Numbered from the whole stretch's first letter, positions 1 through 9,791 are shown. The stretch is DNA of 63,591 bases, filler included, from 7 parts of 7 records of this genome joined end to end with filler, not necessarily neighbours in it; one strand, 5' to 3'. Numbers and translations are program-made. Notes: generated by a model not told the origin, from the letters alone.

Positions 1-121
1 GCGTTAGAGCATACGGAGCTGCGTAGTTGCTAAAAGCTTGAACTACTTTTTAACATCACCAACTGTTACACCAGCTGGCAGAGCGTTCAATGCAGATTAT
101 AAAAATAATTAACCATAACCA

Positions 122-565
122 ATGAAAATAGTAAAAATCACCCAAAACAAAAAGCAATACCTTGACTTACTACTTTTAGCCGATGAGTCAGAGGATATGA
201 TTGACAAGTATTTGGAAGATGGTGAATTGTTCGCACTTTTCGATGATGATTTGACAACGGTTTGTGTGGTTTTAGAAATAGACAAAGAAACTTGCGAGCT
301 AAAGAATATAGCAACCTATGAGCAATATCAAGGTAAAGGCTATGGCAGGACTATGATTAATCATATCTCAAATTATTACAATAATACCTTTAAAACCATG
401 CTGATTGGAACAGGCGATACACCCTCGATTTTATCATTTTATGAAAAGTGTGGTTTTGAAATATCCCACCGTGTCAATAACTTTTTTACCGATAACTATG
501 ACCACGCCATGTTTGAAGATGGAATACAATTGATTGACATGGTATATCTAAAGAAAAAACTATAA
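122..565 (+). CDS. GNAT family N-acetyltransferase
   Basis: Acetyl-CoA motif A '[18 protein letters not shown]' and C-terminal 'FYEKCGF'; 147 aa. Confidence 0.9.
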   Translation: MKIVKITQNKKQYLDLLLLADESEDMIDKYLEDGELFALFDDDLTTVCVVLEIDKETCELKNIATYEQYQGKGYGRTMINHISNYYNNTFKTMLIGTGDTPSILSFYEKCGFEISHRVNNFFTDNYDHAMFEDGIQLIDMVYLKKKL

Positions 566-568
566 CCT

Positions 569-1030
569 ATGAAAAAAAAATTTGGTGTCTTACTCATTAG
601 TTTACTATTTATTATTTCAGGATGTAATCAAAAAAACAAAAACATTAAGGATATGAAATACTCTTCATCTATAACATTTTTATACTATGATGACTTCGCT
701 TATGGAAGTGACTTTATTGAAAATACATTGCAATTAGACCTTGTGATGAATCAGGGATTTGCTAAGGTTTTCCAGGTCAATGAAAAAGCCTTTTTAGGTA
801 TTGTTCAAAAAAAGGATACCACTGAAGTTTCAGGCAATACGCTTTTCTCATTAACTACCCATAATATTGATGCTGAGTATGAAAGGGTAAAGCAACTAAA
901 AGTACACAACCTGACAGAAATGAAGCATTTCGAATCTATCCCCCTTCGCTCCTTCTTCTTTGATGACAAAGAGGGACATAAATTTGAGATACAACAGTTT
1001 TTGAAAGAAGAAGATGTAAAAAGGTTTTAA
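569..1030 (+). CDS. VOC/glyoxalase-fold lipoprotein
   Basis: Lipobox 'IISGC'; VOC-like 'SITFLYYDD...F' and 'RSFFFDDKEGHKFEIQ'. Confidence 0.7.
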   Translation: MKKKFGVLLISLLFIISGCNQKNKNIKDMKYSSSITFLYYDDFAYGSDFIENTLQLDLVMNQGFAKVFQVNEKAFLGIVQKKDTTEVSGNTLFSLTTHNIDAEYERVKQLKVHNLTEMKHFESIPLRSFFFDDKEGHKFEIQQFLKEEDVKRF

Positions 1031-1100
1031 ATGAATAGGTAGAATAAAATGTACTACATTGACATTAATCACTTATAAGCAATAAAGTGAAAATGCACGT

Positions 1101-1442
1101 TCAGGTTTTATTGTATTTTTTAATTTTAAGTATAAACAATATGACAAATAAAACTTTTAGCGCTAAGCCTACAGCCATCCAATACAAATAGTTTTCACTA
1201 TGATAACTGTTTTTAAGTATTACACCTGTAAAAAAAATGGTCAACCCTACGATCAAGGAAAGTAGCTCCCAGCCAGGCTTATATTTACCATGCCTAATTA
1301 TAGTTCCTAAATAATAAGTCTTTAGTGTTCCACCCAAAGCAAAAAATGGCACATATAAACCGGATTTCATGTGCATCATTCGAAATATAATTCCAAGCGT
1401 CAAAAATAAAATTCCGGCAAATATGGGCCACTTTTGCTTCAT
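1101..1442 (-). CDS. Hypothetical membrane protein (~4 TM)
   Basis: 113 aa with four hydrophobic segments; 10 nt downstream of the SDR gene. Confidence 0.6.
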   Translation of the reverse strand: MKQKWPIFAGILFLTLGIIFRMMHMKSGLYVPFFALGGTLKTYYLGTIIRHGKYKPGWELLSLIVGLTIFFTGVILKNSYHSENYLYWMAVGLALKVLFVILFILKIKKYNKT

Positions 1443-1452
1443 AATTTAAAAT

Positions 1453-2361
1453 TTAGCTGCCCAAAGTAAAGGTTTTTCCGGTCAATTCTTCTGTAACATT
1501 CCAAAGTTTTTTAGCTACCTCTTTATCAAATGCGTGAGGTTTAGGTTCAACTTTAACAGGTTTCCCTTTCATGCGTCCTTTTGGACCAAAATATTCACCT
1601 CCCTTTACATTGGCGTCTAATGCAGCCATTACTGTGGGTAATGCGCCTTTTGCAGGCTTATGCGACATTAAAAGAAACAGGGGCATACCAATAAAAAGTA
1701 ACCATTTAGGCATGTGCTGCGCTAAATTTGTGGGCGACACACCAGGGTGGGCAGCTACTGAAATCACTTTGCTGCCGGCTGCATCAATTCTTCGCTGCAG
1801 TTCAATGGCAAACATCAAACAAGCCAATTTACTTTGCTGGTAAGCTGGCCATTTAGCGTAGCTTTTTTCAGAATTCAAATTGTCAAAATCTATCACACCC
1901 TTTTCATGTGCAATGCTGCTTAATTGAACAATACGTGAATTCTCAGTTTTGTCAATAATTGGAAATAATAAATTAGTTAGCAGAAAATGGGCAAAGTAGT
2001 TCACCCCTATTTGTGATTCAAATCCATCTTCAGTTTTTGAAAATGGCGGAACCATAATTCCTGCATTGTTGATTAGCAAATCAAGTCGATCGTATTTGTT
2101 TTTGTACGCTTCAGCAAATTCACGTACAGAATTTAATGAACTCAAATTTAATTGAATGATCTCCAGGTCAGCCTTGGGTACTTTTTTCAAAATATCTGAT
2201 TTGGCTTTTTCGGCTTTTTGCATGTTACGACAAGCCATTACGATTTTCATTCCTGTTTTTGACAATGCAAGCGTTGTTTCGTATCCCAAACCTATATTGG
2301 CTCCGGTCACAATGGCAATACGACCACTTTGGTTTTCTATGTTTTCAATTTTAAAAGTCAT
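1453..2361 (-). CDS. SDR oxidoreductase (retinol dehydrogenase/WWOX-like)
   Basis: TGANIGLG, NNAG and YQQSK catalytic motifs; AAHPG. Confidence 0.9.
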   Translation of the reverse strand: MTFKIENIENQSGRIAIVTGANIGLGYETTLALSKTGMKIVMACRNMQKAEKAKSDILKKVPKADLEIIQLNLSSLNSVREFAEAYKNKYDRLDLLINNAGIMVPPFSKTEDGFESQIGVNYFAHFLLTNLLFPIIDKTENSRIVQLSSIAHEKGVIDFDNLNSEKSYAKWPAYQQSKLACLMFAIELQRRIDAAGSKVISVAAHPGVSPTNLAQHMPKWLLFIGMPLFLLMSHKPAKGALPTVMAALDANVKGGEYFGPKGRMKGKPVKVEPKPHAFDKEVAKKLWNVTEELTGKTFTLGS

Positions 2362-2485
2362 GGTGTTTATTTTTAATGGTTAATTATTAATGTTTAATGA
2401 TTAATGATCAGTTATTAATTTCCTAACAATCAAATCTTTCCCTTGTTTCTACATCTCTCTAAAATCAGGAATTTTTATTAGTCAC

Positions 2486-2712
2486 TTAACCCGGATAATT
2501 CATGCCATTAGCTTTGTACAGATGCAAGTCGTCTAAGCCAGTAGACATAGTGATCTATTTCAATGGCTTAGCAACGAGGCAGATGTGCAAAGATAATGGT
2601 AAGCATAGCCCAAAACTGGGCTAAAAGAAAACAAGAATCCTTTCGTGTAATTTATTGTTTTCTAGTTCGTTATATATAACCGACATAAATTGCGGTGAAT
2701 TTCCCGGGTTAA
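2486..2712. mobile_element. MITE-like non-coding element with 17-bp imperfect terminal inverted repeats and a long internal hairpin
   Basis: Left end TTAACCCGGATAATTCA, right end TGAATTTCCCGGGTTAA (2 mismatches); internal arms CCATTA/TAATGG, CTTTGTACA/TGTGCAAAG, CTAAGCCA/TGGCTTAG. Confidence 0.6.
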
Positions 2713-2721
2713 ATAGTTATA

Positions 2722-2844
2722 AGTGTCCAGTGAATAAGCTACATTTTCAAGGCTTTTGAAACTCAATACCATTGAGTTTACTAGCGTAATCGATATGGGA
2801 TTGAGTGAGAATAACGCAGAAAATGAAGCTTATTGACGGACACT
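2722..2844. repeat. ~123-bp ERIC-like palindromic element
   Basis: Nested arms AGTGTCC/GGACACT, AATAAGCT/AGCTTATT, CATTTTC/GAAAATG, CTCAAT/ATTGAG; right end overlaps the SDR stop codon. Confidence 0.6.
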
Positions 2845-3622
2845 ATTTGGCTTGTTGCATTTTGTAGACCGTTTTTAGCTTCATCTTTTTCGACAAAAAT
2901 GGCAACATTTTGAACATTACTTTTTGAGAACCAGTAATTCCGGAAATCACATCTAATTTACCTTTCATCATACCCTTGTAACCATCTTCTGCTACTTTGC
3001 GGGCACTAGCTGTTTTATCGAACAATACAGTTTTATCCATACCTGATACAGCCCCAAATTCTGTCTCTGTAGCTCCGGGCATCAAGTTCGTAACAGTTAC
3101 GTTTGTATCATGCAACTCCTGCGCAACAGCATTGCTAAAAGAAGTAACATACGCCTTGGTTGCGTAGTAAACAGCCTGAAGCGGCCCGGCCATCAAACTG
3201 GCTGTAGACGAAACATTTAGAACTTTTCCACGATTGCGTTTTACAAAATCAGGCAGGAAGTAACGGGTTAATGCGGTAAGGGCTGTTATATTAAGGTTAA
3301 TCATGGCCAGGTCCTTCTCCCACTCACGTTCATGAAATTTCCCAAGTCCGCCAAATCCAGCATTGTTAATCAAGAATTCAGGCTCTATTCCGGCTTTTTT
3401 AACTTCATCATAAATCTCCTTAGGTGCATCAGGTAAGCTTAGATCTTTGGCAATTACTATTGCACTAATTTTGTATTTTTGCTCCAACTCACTTTTAAGC
3501 GCTTCCAGCTTATCGGCACTACGCGCAATTAATACCAGATCTCCGCCTTTTTCAGCGTGAATATTTGCTAACTCTTTCCCTATGCCTGTTGAGGCTCCTG
3601 TAATGATTGCTACTTTGTTCAT
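2843..3622 (-). CDS. SDR oxidoreductase (DltE-like)
   Basis: TGASTGIG, NNAGFG and YYATK motifs. Confidence 0.9.
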   Translation of the reverse strand: MNKVAIITGASTGIGKELANIHAEKGGDLVLIARSADKLEALKSELEQKYKISAIVIAKDLSLPDAPKEIYDEVKKAGIEPEFLINNAGFGGLGKFHEREWEKDLAMINLNITALTALTRYFLPDFVKRNRGKVLNVSSTASLMAGPLQAVYYATKAYVTSFSNAVAQELHDTNVTVTNLMPGATETEFGAVSGMDKTVLFDKTASARKVAEDGYKGMMKGKLDVISGITGSQKVMFKMLPFLSKKMKLKTVYKMQQAK

Positions 3623-3653
3623 TTTATTTATTTTTTGTTTAAATTCATTATTC

Positions 3654-3671
3654 AGTAAGTACTCACTTACT
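3654..3671. promoter_or_regulatory. Putative TetR operator upstream of SDR
   Basis: Inverted repeat AGTAAGT-ACTC-ACTTACT; near-identical to the site at 4225. Confidence 0.7.
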
Positions 3672-3688
3672 AATACAATTAAAAAATT

Positions 3689-4213
3689 TTATTGTTTATA
3701 CTTTTTCCTTAAATATTCCATTTCAAGATTTAAATCATAGCTTTCTTGCAAGAAAAACCTCATTGCCATACCATCCAATAAAGTTAATAAGAAACGTGTT
3801 TCTCTTTTTGGCTCATCGTAATTAAGTTTTTCAAAAGCATTGATTAATGCAAGCTCAAGCGGCTCCATTTTTTGCTCATTGTATTGTTCTATTTCCCATT
3901 TAATCTTGTACTGCAATTTCCAAAAATCAGCCACCTCTTTGGATTCCAGGAATTTAGCTCCAAGATTAAGGGTTTTACTTATGACTTTCTCGGGATCAGT
4001 TTCAAATACTATATCAGCAAAAAGTTGTTTCGCCTTCTCCTCTCCCTCCAATAATATGGCTTCAAGCAATCCTTCTTTATTCTTAAAATGACGAAAAATT
4101 AAACCCTCCGAAACTCCGGCTGCTTTTGCTACTTTACTGGTTGATGTGGCAGAAAAACCTTCATCAGCAAACAATTTTAAGGCAGCTTGTAATATGTTCT
4201 CTTTTTTACTCAT
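3689..4213 (-). CDS. TetR/AcrR family transcriptional regulator
   Basis: N-terminal HTH 'ILQAALKLFADEGFSATSTSKVAKAAGVSEGLIFRHF'. Confidence 0.95.
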   Translation of the reverse strand: MSKKENILQAALKLFADEGFSATSTSKVAKAAGVSEGLIFRHFKNKEGLLEAILLEGEEKAKQLFADIVFETDPEKVISKTLNLGAKFLESKEVADFWKLQYKIKWEIEQYNEQKMEPLELALINAFEKLNYDEPKRETRFLLTLLDGMAMRFFLQESYDLNLEMEYLRKKYKQ

Positions 4214-4224
4214 CGTTTAAAATA

Positions 4225-4248
4225 TGTAAGTAATCACTTACAAATGTA
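4225..4248 (-). promoter_or_regulatory. TetR autoregulatory operator overlapping a Bacteroidota -7 promoter box
   Basis: TGTAAGT-AATC-ACTTACA (4225-4242); minus-strand TACATTTG (TAnnTTTG) at 4241-4248. Confidence 0.7.
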
Positions 4249-4288
4249 ATGCCATTTTTTTGAAATACAAGATTTTCTTCAAGCTTTT

Positions 4289-4528
4289 TCAAACGGGACA
4301 AGAATTCGACATTTTCAATGTAAATACGGAAGGATATTTCTCAAACAAGACAAATAAAGAAGTCTCCAGTAACTTAAACACATCGAAATAGGGTCCAATT
4401 AGCAAGGTGCTCATTTTACCAGGTTCTACTTTTAGGCCAGACTCATCGAGCATTTCTATGAGTTCATCGACTGGTTCAGAAAAATTTTCCGACAATGGGT
4501 AATAACTAATTTCTACTGATACTATCAT
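4289..4528 (-). CDS. Thiamine-binding protein family (YkoF/MTH1187-like)
   Basis: 'SVEISYYPL', 'SGLKVEPGKMSTLLIG'; 79 aa. Confidence 0.7.
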   Translation of the reverse strand: MIVSVEISYYPLSENFSEPVDELIEMLDESGLKVEPGKMSTLLIGPYFDVFKLLETSLFVLFEKYPSVFTLKMSNSCPV

Positions 4529-4531
4529 AAT

Positions 4532-5176
4532 TTATTTTTTTTGAACCAGAGCTCCTATAAATACAGGTTCGGTATTCTCTTTATTTATTTCGTTATCTAA
4601 AATACGAAAATCGGCGGTTAAATAAACGGCTGTTTTCCATTGTGGGTCTCCAAACATTTTCAGTTTCTCTTTCAATTGATCTTTTGTAAGAAAATCTGCC
4701 TCACGAAAAGTATCATCATTAGCCTTATTTTTTCCTAACACACTATCAGCATTCAAGCAGCCCAGTAACAAATAACCGCCGGGTTTCAATACCCGATAAA
4801 TTTCCTTCAACACCTGATCCTGACCATCCACAAATTCGAGCATCGTTACAGACGCTACAACAGGAAATGATTCATCTTCAAAAGGAATATTTTGTGCATT
4901 ACCTTCCAGAAAAGTTGTATTCAACTTTCTTTCAGTTGCATAATTCAGCATAGCTTTGGAATTATCCAAACCAGTTAGCTCAAAACCTGATTCCACAAAA
5001 AAGGAAGTCCAATGCCCGGTACCACATCCAAGTTCAAGCATCTTATTGCGGGGCACATCAATCAATAAATCCCTAAGAACCTCTTTCTCAAGAGAATCTA
5101 CTTTTTTACCGAATTCTGTTTGGTAATAGGTATCATAGTCTTTGGCTACTTCAGGCAGTAAGAATACGTTTCTCAT
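4532..5176 (-). CDS. Class I SAM-dependent methyltransferase
   Basis: 'LELGCGTG', 'GLDNS', 'YRVLKPGG'. Confidence 0.9.
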   Translation of the reverse strand: MRNVFLLPEVAKDYDTYYQTEFGKKVDSLEKEVLRDLLIDVPRNKMLELGCGTGHWTSFFVESGFELTGLDNSKAMLNYATERKLNTTFLEGNAQNIPFEDESFPVVASVTMLEFVDGQDQVLKEIYRVLKPGGYLLLGCLNADSVLGKNKANDDTFREADFLTKDQLKEKLKMFGDPQWKTAVYLTADFRILDNEINKENTEPVFIGALVQKK

Positions 5177-5231
5177 GTATCAATTTCAATTTAGACACAC
5201 AAATATGGGCGTTTGGGGAAAAACAAACAAA

Positions 5232-5600
5232 TTATTCCTGACACCATTTTTCAGCTTCTTGAAAGTTATGAAAGAGTTTACATTTCCAACTCGTGGGTTC
5301 CATTATAGTGATATATTTCTCAATCAACCGATCAGTTTTTTCATCGGGTGAAATACAGGCTACTTTAACTGAGGGATTCCATGTGGTAGCGGTTTTGTCC
5401 AAATGAGAAACAAAAACAACCTCGCAGTGGCTCATTCGAACAGTGTCAGCCTCAGTAAAATCAGCAATCTGATATTTCATGCGATCAAATCGCTTATCAG
5501 CATATACAACCCCATTAGCTTCCTGTAGGTCTCTTAGTTTAAGCTCTCCAAAAAACTTAATGTTGATATTATTTCCATCCCAGTTGAGAGAATAAGGCAT
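5232..5600 (-). CDS. Hypothetical protein, STAS/SEC14 (SpoIIAA)-like
   Basis: Likely start MPYSLNW at 5600; 'IADFT', 'KVACI', C-terminal 'FHNFQEAEKW'. Confidence 0.55.
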   Translation of the reverse strand: MPYSLNWDGNNINIKFFGELKLRDLQEANGVVYADKRFDRMKYQIADFTEADTVRMSHCEVVFVSHLDKTATTWNPSVKVACISPDEKTDRLIEKYITIMEPTSWKCKLFHNFQEAEKWCQE

Positions 5601-5758
5601 ATAATCACTTTTTTGAATAAAGTTACCACATAAAACATAAAAACACAATAAACGACTGACTGTCAGATGTTAATAAAACCTAAAACAAATGTTAATTATG
5701 ACAATTAGCCTCGTTGCTTAGTAAAACATACTTCTATCTTATTATTAAGAGAGATTAG

Positions 5759-6370
5759 TTAAAACCTGAAAATATTAATACCGAGCTTACCATGCAGAGC
5801 CCATGTTTTAATATCAATGCTACTACCAATACTTTTTAATCCATAACGCCCTTGCGCACCTATATAGAAGAATTTACCCAATGAACGACCTCCTTCCACC
5901 AACAACCCAAAATCATTTTCATGATCAAGTGCAACCCATCTGTCTTCATATTCTCTATAGCTTTCTGAACTTAGCGCTTTTCCAAAATAAAATCCTCCAT
6001 TTATATATGCAGGCCCTTTAGACAAGCCAGCCATTGCATTAAAAGTTAAGAAATTATAGTAGGTATAAAAATAAGTATCTGTAGGTCCCACATATCCATT
6101 ATAAGACACTTCCACAAAGCCTACATCAAAAGCTAAATGTAATTGGCTAATTACAACCTCATTTATTTGAATACGAGCACCGGGGTGAAATGAAAAATCT
6201 ATTGAAGCATCATAATCCGAAGGATAATCTCCAAAGGCATTTGATATTCCAGCCCCTCCAAAAATGGATACAACGACTTTGTCTGAGCTGTCATCCTGGG
6301 CAAAAAAAGATTTAGGTAAAGCCAATAGTCCCATTATACCCAATAATGCGATAAACTTGATTGTTTTCAT
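5759..6370 (-). CDS. Outer membrane beta-barrel protein
   Basis: Signal peptide, amphipathic strands, 'RYGL', C-terminal Phe. Confidence 0.7.
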   Translation of the reverse strand: MKTIKFIALLGIMGLLALPKSFFAQDDSSDKVVVSIFGGAGISNAFGDYPSDYDASIDFSFHPGARIQINEVVISQLHLAFDVGFVEVSYNGYVGPTDTYFYTYYNFLTFNAMAGLSKGPAYINGGFYFGKALSSESYREYEDRWVALDHENDFGLLVEGGRSLGKFFYIGAQGRYGLKSIGSSIDIKTWALHGKLGINIFRF

Positions 6371-6511
6371 ATGCAATTGTTTTTAAGTTAGTAAGTATTC
6401 AATTTCCGAGCAATGAAAAAGAACTTTGCATAGTAAGTTACAAAAAAACAATCAGAATTACATAAAGAGGAGATTATAATAATTTTATATTCACTCGATT
6501 ACAACACATAC

Positions 6512-7033
6512 TTAATATTCCAACAATGCCAAATACGGATCGCCTTCCAATCCTAGTAGTTTGGCAAAAGCCGGCTCGGTTTTGTAGCCCATTTGTTTTA
6601 ATGCTATGACCTTTCGTCTGAATTCTTCGCCCTTTTCTTCAAGTAACCGATGTTCAATAATCATATGCCTATAAGCCTGCTGTTGTTTCGTTGGAATATT
6701 CTGGCCGAATAATTCTATGTCAAACCCATCCAATTTAAATGAAGCCACAACGGCTTTGAGTTTACCTTCCCCCCGCTCCCAAATTGTAAAATCTGTGTTT
6801 TCACTATAGGTTTTTATAGCAAAATCTTCAAAAGCTTTTAAATCTCTGGTATAACACACAATATCCAAATCGCTGCTTTCCACATTAATATTGATGGGTA
6901 TGGTTCCCACCAAAATAGGGTCATATTCCTGAAGTGTTTCCAGAATTCTATTTTCGGTCAAAACCTTGTATGCAGCACGCTGTTTTGTGTTGCCGGATTG
7001 GAGGTATTCTATGTTTGTGAAATCGGGGTTCAT
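6512..7033 (-). CDS. DUF4269 family protein
   Basis: 'GTIPININVESSDLDI' and 'KTEPAFAKLLGLEGDPY'. Confidence 0.8.
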   Translation of the reverse strand: MNPDFTNIEYLQSGNTKQRAAYKVLTENRILETLQEYDPILVGTIPININVESSDLDIVCYTRDLKAFEDFAIKTYSENTDFTIWERGEGKLKAVVASFKLDGFDIELFGQNIPTKQQQAYRHMIIEHRLLEEKGEEFRRKVIALKQMGYKTEPAFAKLLGLEGDPYLALLEY

Positions 7034-7039
7034 GTCATT

Positions 7040-8659
7040 TTACTTCTCCAATTTATCCCAATCGCCATAGTGCGTTATATTCAAATTGGTTTTGGGTTCG
7101 GTTACATATTTTTCGTTGCTGTTATAGGTCCATTCCATGGTTTCTGAGCCACCACCCGATTGTGTTGTAATGAGGGCATCATTTCTTACCAAACCGATAG
7201 GGAAGGCCTGGTCGCGAGGATTATCTCTGTCACCGTGTGTTGGGTCGGTGGGAATCCAGCCATAATTTGGAAGGTAAACTTCCACCCAACGATGATAAAC
7301 CTCATCCAGGTAAGCTTCTTCCTGGCGATCCCATGTTGAACCCACGTATCGAGCAGGTAATCCTGCTGCTCTGCATAATGCTATATATACAAAAGTATAT
7401 TCCGAACACGAACCATGACCATTGGTAATTACAGTTGGAGCCATATCCCATGCACCGTCCATATTATAATACAAATGCGTAATCAAAAATTGATGCAGCT
7501 TTCGCATTATCCAATAAGGGTTCTTTTCATCCCCAACCACTTTCTTCAATGTATTTTGTATGACTTCATGGTTGATCTGGTATTTTTCCTCATCCTGCAG
7601 GTATTTTGATTTAATATCTTGCGGAATATCAGATAATGAGCCTATTTTTTCAGGATACAAGAAATAGCGTACATCGTGTGTCTCAACCTCAGCGGTCATT
7701 TGGATAGCTTTTTTATCACCGGGTTTTATGTTTTTAAATTGAAACAATGCGGTTTTATGATCCCACTTATCTGTCACAATTTTCGTAGGTTCCATATTAT
7801 AGGAAATATCGCTCAACAATTTTTGATTATCACGATTTTCAGGCAAAGAAATATATACATCCAATGATTTAATTTTACCCGGACCATAGCAGGTTGTATG
7901 GTGATTAAAAGTAATTTTATGAGTTTCTCTATTTTTCTGTAGAAACTTCACATCATCTCTTATCTGTAGCTCATAAATTTTATCATCCTGGTGATCAACT
8001 GCCCACAATTTATCACCTTTTACAGTTATACCATGCACGTACTGACCGGGAGCATCCATAATTATGATTACAAACCCGGTTTTAGGATCGACCATATAGA
8101 TTTCATCCTTTTCACGGTCAGAAATCCACAAGTACTTTCCATCGAATGTAATCCCCTTTGGTGAACTGGAAGGTGATTGAAACGAACTAATTGTTGCGCC
8201 ATCCTGCGGACTAAACTGAATTACTTTATCTGCTTTATCGTCTACTAGCCAAAGGTACTTTCCATCAAAAGCTAATCCCATAGGACTGCGGGATGGAGCT
8301 CGCAGAGTCTTCAATATAGTGCCATCTTCCGGATCAATTTTAAACACCATTCCATCGCGGTCTTCTGCTTTGTCAGTACGTCCTCTAAAATCGGCACTCC
8401 AAAGATACTCTCCATCAAAAGTTAGCCCTGAAGGCCAATATGCAGGTGACTCTATTTCGCGAATCACTTTACCGCTCTCAGGATTTACACAGCAAATTTT
8501 ATCCGTACCGCGATCAGCATACCAAAGGTTTGTACCATCGTGACATAATCCGGTTGGATATTGTCCTTGTGTAGAAAATTCATTTAAGATTTTACCGGTT
8601 TGGGCTATTAAGGAAGCGTTAAGAATTATCAAAGTCAGAAAGAAAGTGATCCTTTTCAT
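7040..8659 (-). CDS. Exported beta-propeller + transglutaminase-like protein
   Basis: Signal peptide; repeated 'P.GL.FDG.YLW..D' blades; triad 'GSCSEY', 'HRWVEVY', 'WIPTDPT'. Confidence 0.85.
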   Translation of the reverse strand: MKRITFFLTLIILNASLIAQTGKILNEFSTQGQYPTGLCHDGTNLWYADRGTDKICCVNPESGKVIREIESPAYWPSGLTFDGEYLWSADFRGRTDKAEDRDGMVFKIDPEDGTILKTLRAPSRSPMGLAFDGKYLWLVDDKADKVIQFSPQDGATISSFQSPSSSPKGITFDGKYLWISDREKDEIYMVDPKTGFVIIIMDAPGQYVHGITVKGDKLWAVDHQDDKIYELQIRDDVKFLQKNRETHKITFNHHTTCYGPGKIKSLDVYISLPENRDNQKLLSDISYNMEPTKIVTDKWDHKTALFQFKNIKPGDKKAIQMTAEVETHDVRYFLYPEKIGSLSDIPQDIKSKYLQDEEKYQINHEVIQNTLKKVVGDEKNPYWIMRKLHQFLITHLYYNMDGAWDMAPTVITNGHGSCSEYTFVYIALCRAAGLPARYVGSTWDRQEEAYLDEVYHRWVEVYLPNYGWIPTDPTHGDRDNPRDQAFPIGLVRNDALITTQSGGGSETMEWTYNSNEKYVTEPKTNLNITHYGDWDKLEK

Positions 8660-8735
8660 AATGCAGATATTTTATTTTGAAATATTCATTGAATATCAAA
8701 AATAATGAAATATTTCCAAAACGATTTTTTCAAAC

Positions 8736-8743
8736 TACATTTG
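8736..8743 (+). promoter_or_regulatory. Bacteroidota -7 promoter box (possible leaderless EamA transcript)
   Basis: TACATTTG ends 5 nt before the ATG at 8749. Confidence 0.5.
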
Positions 8744-8748
8744 CAGGC

Positions 8749-9621
8749 ATGTATACATTTTTACTTTTTCTGGTATCACTTATATGGGGGTCAACTTTTT
8801 TCATCATAAAAGATACTGTAACTACCGTTGACGAATCATTTATTGTATTTGCAAGAACAGGACTGGCGTTTCTAGCACTATTCATATATCAGCTTAGCAG
8901 AAATCCGAAGACAATATTTAATAAAAATGCCTTTATATATGGCAGCATATTGGGCATCCTACTGGCATCTATTTATCTAAGCCAAACTATCGGATTAAAA
9001 TTCACAAGTACCGGGCATAGTGCCTTTATTACCGGATCTGCAGTGATTATAGTACCATTCTTATTATTTACAATATGGAAACAAAAGCTTTTTAAGGTTG
9101 ATCTAGCGGCAGTGGGTATTGTGATAATAGGTTTATTTCTATTGACTTATGACTTTGAAACTAATATTAATCGAGGTGACTTACTTACTTTAATTACAGC
9201 TATTTCACTTGCATTTCACATTGTATTCGCACAACAATTTGTCAAAAAAACCGATGCAGCTTTGATCGTCATGTATCAATTTTTTGCCGCAATGATTGTC
9301 AGCTTCATAGCATTTCAATTTACAAATGATACGGAACTTATCATAGATAACAAAGGCTGGTATTCATTAATCTATTTGGGTTTAATTGGCACTTTAGTTT
9401 GTTATTTCATTACGGTTTGGGTACAAAAATATGTTGCAGCAATACGAGTTTCTATCATCTTAGCCACTGAACCTCTTTTTGCTGCTTTGTGTAGTTATAT
9501 TTTCATCAATGAAAAATTGAATTTACGCGAATATCTGGGAGCCGGATTAATACTTCTGGGTGTAATGATTCACAGCTGGCTAAAATATCGAATCAAACAA
9601 AAGCAAATCACAAAAGCATAA
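8749..9621 (+). CDS. DMT/EamA family transporter
   Basis: ~10 TM; 'IWGSTFF', 'ATEPLFAA'; start moved to the ATG at 8749. Confidence 0.9.
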   Translation: MYTFLLFLVSLIWGSTFFIIKDTVTTVDESFIVFARTGLAFLALFIYQLSRNPKTIFNKNAFIYGSILGILLASIYLSQTIGLKFTSTGHSAFITGSAVIIVPFLLFTIWKQKLFKVDLAAVGIVIIGLFLLTYDFETNINRGDLLTLITAISLAFHIVFAQQFVKKTDAALIVMYQFFAAMIVSFIAFQFTNDTELIIDNKGWYSLIYLGLIGTLVCYFITVWVQKYVAAIRVSIILATEPLFAALCSYIFINEKLNLREYLGAGLILLGVMIHSWLKYRIKQKQITKA

Positions 9622-9657
9622 AAAAACCGATTACCAAATAAATCTTTGGTAATCGGT
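9619..9657 (-). terminator. Rho-independent terminator between convergent genes
   Basis: ACCGATTACCAAA-loop-TTTGGTAATCGGT preceded by an A-tract. Confidence 0.75.
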
Positions 9658-9680
9658 GAGTTTCTATACTGTACCAAGTT

Positions 9681-9791
9681 CTACTCCTCGGTAAGTTTGT
9701 CTTCAAATTTGTTTAACGCCCAAACTACAGCAAAGTAGCTAAAGGCAATCAAAATCGGCCATGATAAAAGCCATAAAAGTTCTGTAATCAT
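9681..9791 (-). CDS. 36-aa single-TM small protein (possible cytochrome bd small subunit-like)
   Basis: ATG..TAG ORF MITELLWLLSWPILIAFSYFAVVWALNKFEDKLTEE followed by a terminator; not in the ORF track. Confidence 0.6.
   Translation of the reverse strand: MITELLWLLSWPILIAFSYFAVVWALNKFEDKLTEE

Noticed and set aside
1-100. Possible attC-like or cassette repeat before the GNAT gene (hairpin GTAGTT..AACTAC)
   Set aside because: Truncated at the window edge, single copy, no clear R/L boxes and no integrase.
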